64,000 nucleotides of DNA. It comes from Bacteroidales bacterium (GTDB taxonomy: Bacteria; Bacteroidota; Bacteroidia; Bacteroidales; Prolixibacteraceae). The notes below the pieces were generated by a model. The model did no database searches. It was not told the DNA's origin and saw only the letters and a program-made list of their open reading frames with translations. Where the stretch lies: positions 8,102-72,101 of the forward strand of contig JAATGF010000062.1 in assembly GCA_015654795.1 (NCBI GenBank). Direction: 5' to 3'. Position 1 is the first letter of the stretch. Each line of letters opens with the position of its first letter. A program made the position numbers and the translations under genes. Positions 58,238 through 64,000 of the stretch are shown here, one piece after another.

Positions 58238-60204
58238 ATGAATCGTTTCGGGCCATACTATTTTCTATATGTACTTATCCTGGTATTACATTCAAACCTT
58301 TTATTTTCACAGGTAGAAGTAAGCGCGACCGGGTTTGTTTTAAATATCCCCAAACTTCCAAAAAATCAGGATATCCTGGAGGTTGGGAACAGGATTTCTT
58401 CATATCCGGGTATTTACATTAATGATCATTCTGTCATTTATAATCCAACAGAGAAGAAATGGCATATGTATGGAATTGTAAATGGCGAGAAAAGCTTTAT
58501 CCATCTGACCGCTGATTCATTGACTCAACAAAACTGGGTTGAGCATAAACATTACGTCGATTATGGAGCTCAGATCTGGGCACCCCACATTATTTACGAA
58601 AAAGGTAAATATTTCATGTTTTACACGAAAATTGGTGTTCCCCGTCAGATTGTTTGCGTTGAGTCAACCGATCTTTGGTACTGGTCTGAACCTGAACTTA
58701 TTTTGGCTTCACGCACCCGGTCAGGTAACGATGCGAAGAATAAGGATCCAATGATTATCAAGGAAAAGGATCAATGGATCATGTATGTCAGTATGATGAA
58801 AGATTCAGCAAACTGGGTGGTGGCTTACAGCACAAGCCGGGATCTGAAAAGATGGTCGAAACCACTAATTTGTTTCGATGAGAATACTTCCATGCCATCT
58901 GTTGAATCTCCTTTTGTAGTGAAAAGAAGCGATTATTATTATATCTTTATCTCAGCCAGACCCTGGCCATATGGTTATCTGGAGGTTTTTCGAAGCTCTT
59001 CACCCTATGCGTGGAAAGTAACCGACAAAGTGAAATGGATGGACTGGCATGCGCCCGAAATCATCCGCGATTTGGATGGAAAGTGGTATATCACTTTATG
59101 CGGTTATGAACCTGAAAGAAACGGATTCTCCGTTTTTCAGTTGTATTGGAATGATTATCTTGAAAATGCTGAAACATCTGTTCCTGTGCCAGCTAATAAT
59201 TTGAATCAGGTAAAAAAATCAGCTACAAAACAGACTGGTTTTATTCCTGCACAAACCTGGCTGGATACCAATGGAAATGCCATCAATGCACACGGAGGTG
59301 GGGTCATTTTTTTCAAGGGAATTTATTACTGGTACGGGGAACACAAACTGAGACCACATTTGCTGACGGCGGCATCCATTGTTATTCTTCCGTTGACCTG
59401 GTCAACTGGAAGGATCAAGGAATAGTGTTGAGTGTAAATTATGAGGATGCGAAAAGCGATCTGGCATATGGATGTATTCTGGAAAGACCAAAGGTCGTTT
59501 ACAATGAAAAGAATAAGGAATTTGTAGTATACTTTAAACTCTATCTCAAAGGGGTGGGTTACGAAACCAGTTATGTGGGAGTGGCAGTAGCCCGAAATCC
59601 CGAAGGCCCTTTCATGTATTATCACAAGTTTCATGGAGGAGGATCTCCTAATGGTTCAGGAGATTTCTCGATGTTTAAAGATGAGAGTGGCGACTTATAC
59701 CATTTGACAGTAAGAAAGCCGGACAAAACCTTTGTCATCGGCAAAATGGATGAAGACTATTATTATCCGAAAGGAGAATACCTGGCTTGCGATGGCATAG
59801 CACCGCATACGGAAGCCCCGGTGGTGATAAAAAAAGATGGTAAATATCATTTGTTGGGCTCAGGTTCAAGCGGATGGAAACCCAATGCCGCCCGCAGTTA
59901 TACGACGGATCGTTTATCCGGGAAGTGGACTTACCATGGAAATCCATGTAAAGGGATAAACAGTTTTGATCACATCGGAGCGGATAGTACATTTGGCGGA
60001 CAATCAACTTGCATTTTACAGGTACAGGGTATAAAAAATGCCTATATTGCAATGTTTGATATCTGGAAACCTGAAAATCCTGTTAATGGAAGATATATCT
60101 GGCTGCCAATAGAATTTATTAGTGGCAAAATGTCTGTTTCATGGTATGACAGTTGGAGTCCTGATGATTTTAAACCAGGAAGACATTTGCCAGATAAGAA
60201 TTAA
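58238..60204 (+). pseudogene. Two-propeller fusion (N-terminal GH43/GH32-clan-like propeller + C-terminal GH43 domain resembling exo-beta-1,3-galactanase-type GH43) with an apparent 1-nt frameshift
   Basis: ORF 58238..59425 has QIWAPHIIYEKGKYFMFYT, NKDPMIIKEKDQWIMYVS and VESPFVVKRSDYYYIFIS, then the start of a second domain, WLDTNGNAINAHGGGVIFFKGIYYWYGEHK. This continues in ORF 59425..60204, whose frame is open upstream from about 59341 (TETTFADGGIHCYSSVDLVNWKDQGIVLSVNYED..HTEAPVVIKKDGKYHLLGSGSSGW..). The frame switch lies within about 59340-59365, near an A-run. Confidence 0.65.
58331..58438 (+). repeat. N-terminal module copy 2 (GFVLNIPKLPKNQDILEVGNRISSYPGIYINDHSVI)
   Basis: See 56950..57057. 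It occupies the same position just after the signal peptide, but is attached to a different propeller family. Confidence 0.85.
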
Positions 60205-60241
60205 AAAACTATCAAACAAAGCGTTACAATAAACTGAATAA

Positions 60242-61672
60242 ATGATAAAGCAAACACTCCTGATATTTTCATTGGCAATCCTTTTAATAACCCTGTTTAT
60301 TGAAGCTAATGGTCAAAATGGTGCGATCGAAAAGAGAGCCGAATTTTTGATCGCAGCGAGCCAGGCGGGAGCCAGTCCTTTATTTTTTGATTCCAAAACT
60401 TACCTATCGCCGGTTATCCGGATACAAAATTTTTCCGACCCGAATGAATTCAAAGTCCGCTCAGGACTACCAAATTTCTTCAATAAAATAAAAAAAGGAG
60501 AATCAGTTACTATTGGTTATCTGGGTGGAAGTATTACCCGGGCTGATAATCAATATCGTTTGCAATCAGCAAAATTTATTCAAAATTTATATCCGTCAGT
60601 AAAAATAGCAGGAATAAATGCAGGGGTTTCGGGAACAGGAACGGATCTGGGCGCCTGCCGTTTATACCATCAGTTGCTAAAATATAATCCTGATTTAATC
60701 TTTATTGAATTTGCAGTAAATGGTGCTTTCCCGGATGGAATGGAAGGGATTATCCGCCAGATTTGGAAATATAATCCCAGGATTGATATTTGTTTGATCT
60801 ATACTATTTCAGAAGATCAAACGAAGATTTATGCCGAGGGAATGATTCCTGAAAATATAATTAATCTCGAAAAAATAGCTGACTATTATGCTATCCCAAC
60901 AGTTCATATGGGTTTGCAGGCTGCAATGCTTGAAAAACAGAATATGCTTATATGGAAAGCGGATACTTCCTTGAAATATAATAAGATAATATTCTCGGCG
61001 GATGGCACTCATCCGCTTGAAGCAGGCGGCAACCTGTATGCCGAAGCTATCGGCCGTTCAATATTGAAGATGAAAAAGAGAGCCACAGATTATATCCACC
61101 CTTTAAAAAATCCAGCCATTATTGATAATTGGGAAGACGCCACAATGCTCGACCCGCAAAGTTGTGCATCTTTTAGTCCTGAATGGAACAAAATTGATCC
61201 TAACGGGATCGAATCACTGAAGCAATTTTCCGGATGGTTTCCTTATGTGATGAAAGGCGAAAAACCAGGTGCATGGATAAAGATTCATTTTCAGGGAAGT
61301 ATGCTGGGTATATTTGATATCGGAGGACCGGAAGCGGGACAGATCGAGCTGGAGCTGGATGGTGTTAAAAGAAAGTTTGAGGAAAACAGCACAGTCAATT
61401 ACTCCATCAGCCAAGAAAATTCTGCTGTTGAATCGATTAACCGTTTCAACAGATTTTGCAATAATCGCTACAGGGGGCAATGTGTTTTCATAAAAATCGA
61501 AGAGGGCATACACACTGCGATCCTTAAAATTTCTGCCAGTATTCCCGACAAAGCTAAAATACTGGGTAAAGTACAATTGACTGATATTACTCAAAATCCT
61601 TCAAAATATAGCCAGTCTGTCATTTATCTGGGGAAGATCTTGTTGCGCGGTGAGATTATCCGCTCTGAATGA
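60242..61672 (+). CDS. SGNH/GDSL-family hydrolase (probable carbohydrate esterase) with a C-terminal beta-sandwich
   Basis: 476 aa with a signal peptide. SGNH blocks are I GYLGGSITR, II GVSGTGTDLG, III EFAVNG and V DGTHP. Confidence 0.7.
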   Translation: MIKQTLLIFSLAILLITLFIEANGQNGAIEKRAEFLIAASQAGASPLFFDSKTYLSPVIRIQNFSDPNEFKVRSGLPNFFNKIKKGESVTIGYLGGSITRADNQYRLQSAKFIQNLYPSVKIAGINAGVSGTGTDLGACRLYHQLLKYNPDLIFIEFAVNGAFPDGMEGIIRQIWKYNPRIDICLIYTISEDQTKIYAEGMIPENIINLEKIADYYAIPTVHMGLQAAMLEKQNMLIWKADTSLKYNKIIFSADGTHPLEAGGNLYAEAIGRSILKMKKRATDYIHPLKNPAIIDNWEDATMLDPQSCASFSPEWNKIDPNGIESLKQFSGWFPYVMKGEKPGAWIKIHFQGSMLGIFDIGGPEAGQIELELDGVKRKFEENSTVNYSISQENSAVESINRFNRFCNNRYRGQCVFIKIEEGIHTAILKISASIPDKAKILGKVQLTDITQNPSKYSQSVIYLGKILLRGEIIRSE

Positions 61673-61778
61673 AAAACTTAAAAATCGAAATTCACAAAAA
61701 GAATGAGCAAAATTCATACCATCGTTATCATGGTTGAAGCTGATTCTGCAAATTTTTAATACGAGGTAAACTAAAATT

Positions 61779-64000
61779 ATGGAAAAGAACAAAGCTATTC
61801 TGACTCTGCTGATTGCTGTAATAATCAGCGTTTATTCAATTTTTGCAGCGACCGCCGGCAATTCTGTTAATCCCGGAGAGACCCGGATTTCATTAAACGG
61901 GTTATGGAATTTCAAAGCCGATTATTACAATAACGGGGAAGCTCAATCTTGGTTTGAAGGTCGTTTCAATGATTCAGGCTGGGATAAATTACCGGTACCA
62001 GGTAATTGGGATATCAGAAATGAGTATGCCAATTATTCGGGGAAAGGGTGGTACAGAACCACGTTTGAAACACCTTCAGAAATAACTGACAAGGTTGTAC
62101 GTTTGAATTTTGAAGCAGTTGGTATTGACTATAAGGTGTGGGTAAACGACGAACTGGTCGCTGATGTTAAAGGAGGGTATTTCCCTAATTTCATTGATAT
62201 TGGCAAAAAATTAAAAAACGGCGTAAAAAACAGCCTTGCTGTTTGCGTCGACAATACATTCCGAAGCGGTGCTTACTGGAGCTGGGGAGGCATCCGTCGT
62301 CCGGTTACGTTATTCGTTAATAACCCCGTATTTATTAAATCGGCACATATTACAGCCACTCCCGATTTAAAAAGGGGCACCGCCGCTGTTTCATTGAATG
62401 TCGTAGTTTTCAACGAAAGCCAGATTAAAGGGAATGCATCACTGGATTATGAATTGAGTTTTGCCGGGAAAATAATCAAAACGGGAAATACAACGCTAAC
62501 CTTGTCAGGGTTGGCAAACCAGAATGCCAGTCTGGAATTTGTATTGGCAAAAAAAGAGGTTAAGCTCTGGCATTTCGATTTTCCGAATTTGTATTCACTA
62601 AAGGTTCAGTTAAAACGAGGAAGCAATCTGTATCACGAAATTAATGAACGTTTTGGCATTCGAAAGGCAGAAATAGTAAATGGTCTGTTCTTGTTAAACG
62701 GAGAATCGGTCCGGGCAATGGGGCTCAATTGGGTGGCCGATGACCGTCTTACCGGAAATACGCTGCCTGCAGAATTGTATAAACGGGAAATTGATAATAT
62801 GAAATCACTCGGAGTAAACATTGCGAGGATCTCACATTTACCGTTGCCGCAGGAAGTTTACGACTATTTTGATGAAAAGGGAATTATGATTATCGCTGAG
62901 ATTCCGGTTTGGGGTGTTACAAAATTGGCTGATCCGGAAAATTCAATTTCGAAATCGTGGATGAAACAATTGGTAGTCAATAATTTTAACCATCCCTGCA
63001 TTATTGGCTGGTGTGTTGGAAATGAAATTGGAAGGAAAGATCAAAACCTCAGGGTTATGGAGTATGTCGAAAGGGCCATAAAATATGTCAAAGACTCTCT
63101 TGATCATTCGCGACTTGTTGTTATGGTTTCACATACTGCAAATTCATGGAAAGTTGATCCATCGAAATTTGGTGACTTTGTTCCTTATAATACTTATGGA
63201 TCATGGGGTTACAACGCAGACAAGGTTCATGAATACCAACTGGGTAAAATGATTTTCATTTCTGAATGCGGCTCTAATCTGATTGGTGAAGATCTGAATA
63301 CTTCAACCGGAAATTTTACAAAGATGCTGACGGAGTTTCGTGGAAGAGAATATTTATTTGGTGCATCGTTATGGACCTATAACGATTATCGCAGCAATTT
63401 CCGTTCTTCGGATCTAACGTGGGATAGTAAAGTTTCGCAAAACAGGGATTGGGGTCTTATTGATGGTTACGGGAATAAAAAGAGGGCATTCGAAATCATT
63501 AGAAAGGAGTTTGCACCCTTACAATTATTAAAGGCAAGAAAGACCGAAACTGGCATTGAAGTTACACTTCAACCACGGGGAAAACTCGATTTGCCGGCTT
63601 ATGTTTTACGCGAATACAGATTGGTTTGCGAGGAATATGGTCCGGATTACAAATCGTCCGGAAAATCGGAAATCACATTACCGGTTATAAATCCCGGAGA
63701 TCCGCAATTAACAAAGTTATTTGATGTGAAAAGTGCAGAAACAGCAGTATCTGCACGCAAAATATCAGTAATTAGTCCTACCAATTATGTAATGATAGAT
63801 ACTACAATCTATTATGCAACACCTGAAAAACCCGTCATTAAAGCCATCTTTAACAACGGCTCACGGATGCGCGTTGTCTTCGATCATGTTAATTTTGCAG
63901 CAGAATACCGGTTGCAGTACGGTGAAAAAGATCTAAATCAGAAGTCGGTCAATACAATCGACAGATATATCGAAGTGGATAAATTGGCCGAAGATGTAAC
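61779..64000 (+). CDS. GH2 glycoside hydrolase (beta-galactosidase/beta-glucuronidase family), 3' end outside the window
   Basis: The frame is open from ATG at 61779 to the window end, so it is not in the ORF track because no stop is reached. Supporting features are the signal peptide, the sugar-binding domain (LNGLWNFKADYY..SGWDKLPVPGNWD..YSGKGWYRTTF), the TIM barrel with NHPCIIGWCVGNEI (acid/base Glu) and IFISECGS (nucleophile Glu). Confidence 0.85.
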   Translation, partial: MEKNKAILTLLIAVIISVYSIFAATAGNSVNPGETRISLNGLWNFKADYYNNGEAQSWFEGRFNDSGWDKLPVPGNWDIRNEYANYSGKGWYRTTFETPSEITDKVVRLNFEAVGIDYKVWVNDELVADVKGGYFPNFIDIGKKLKNGVKNSLAVCVDNTFRSGAYWSWGGIRRPVTLFVNNPVFIKSAHITATPDLKRGTAAVSLNVVVFNESQIKGNASLDYELSFAGKIIKTGNTTLTLSGLANQNASLEFVLAKKEVKLWHFDFPNLYSLKVQLKRGSNLYHEINERFGIRKAEIVNGLFLLNGESVRAMGLNWVADDRLTGNTLPAELYKREIDNMKSLGVNIARISHLPLPQEVYDYFDEKGIMIIAEIPVWGVTKLADPENSISKSWMKQLVVNNFNHPCIIGWCVGNEIGRKDQNLRVMEYVERAIKYVKDSLDHSRLVVMVSHTANSWKVDPSKFGDFVPYNTYGSWGYNADKVHEYQLGKMIFISECGSNLIGEDLNTSTGNFTKMLTEFRGREYLFGASLWTYNDYRSNFRSSDLTWDSKVSQNRDWGLIDGYGNKKRAFEIIRKEFAPLQLLKARKTETGIEVTLQPRGKLDLPAYVLREYRLVCEEYGPDYKSSGKSEITLPVINPGDPQLTKLFDVKSAETAVSARKISVISPTNYVMIDTTIYYATPEKPVIKAIFNNGSRMRVVFDHVNFAAEYRLQYGEKDLNQKSVNTIDRYIEVDKLAEDV

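Overview
This window looks like a Bacteroidota chromosomal segment. It has two SusC/SusD pairs, Bacteroidetes-type Tra/Mob genes, no Shine-Dalgarno-style spacing, and about 40% G+C by eye. I found no rRNA, tRNA or CRISPR array. There are three blocks. (1) 1-7.3 kb is the distal part of a conjugative-element transfer/mobilisation module: traM, traN, a type IV coupling protein, a DUF4099/DUF3945-like gene, a MobC-type accessory protein and a relaxase. (2) 7.3-27.4 kb is a mosaic of decayed mobile-element genes: three fragments of AlbA_2/'RecG-like' ATP-binding regulator genes, two relaxase remnants, an intact AbiEi antitoxin next to a dead AbiEii toxin, and an ArdC-like gene. An intact ECF-sigma/anti-sigma-controlled PUL (STN-SusC, SusD, GH105, GH28, DUF2961/GH172) sits inside this mosaic, bracketed by two copies of the same relaxase 3' end. 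(3) 27.4-64 kb is a large PUL associated with a LacI regulator. It encodes GH97, DUF1593, an SSS transporter, GH78, GH16+CBM, SusC/SusD, an 873-aa orphan, a GH28-like beta-helix, an SGNH esterase and a GH2. It also carries four PF12831-type 'FAD-dependent oxidoreductase' paralogs interleaved with paralogous GH43/GH117-like beta-propellers. The most interesting signals are these: the FADox/propeller array, which is a candidate undescribed oxidative glycan-processing module; a sharply GC-rich island confined to the mature part of one FADox gene; recombination scars in the propeller array (a collapsed remnant, a shared N-terminal module and a two-propeller fusion); repeated AAACGTTTCCG operator-like arrays at two promoters; a structured GC-rich leader upstream of ardC; and a PUL framed by relaxase repeats. 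All family calls come from reading motifs in the supplied translations. No searches or alignments were run, and identity values are hand counts.
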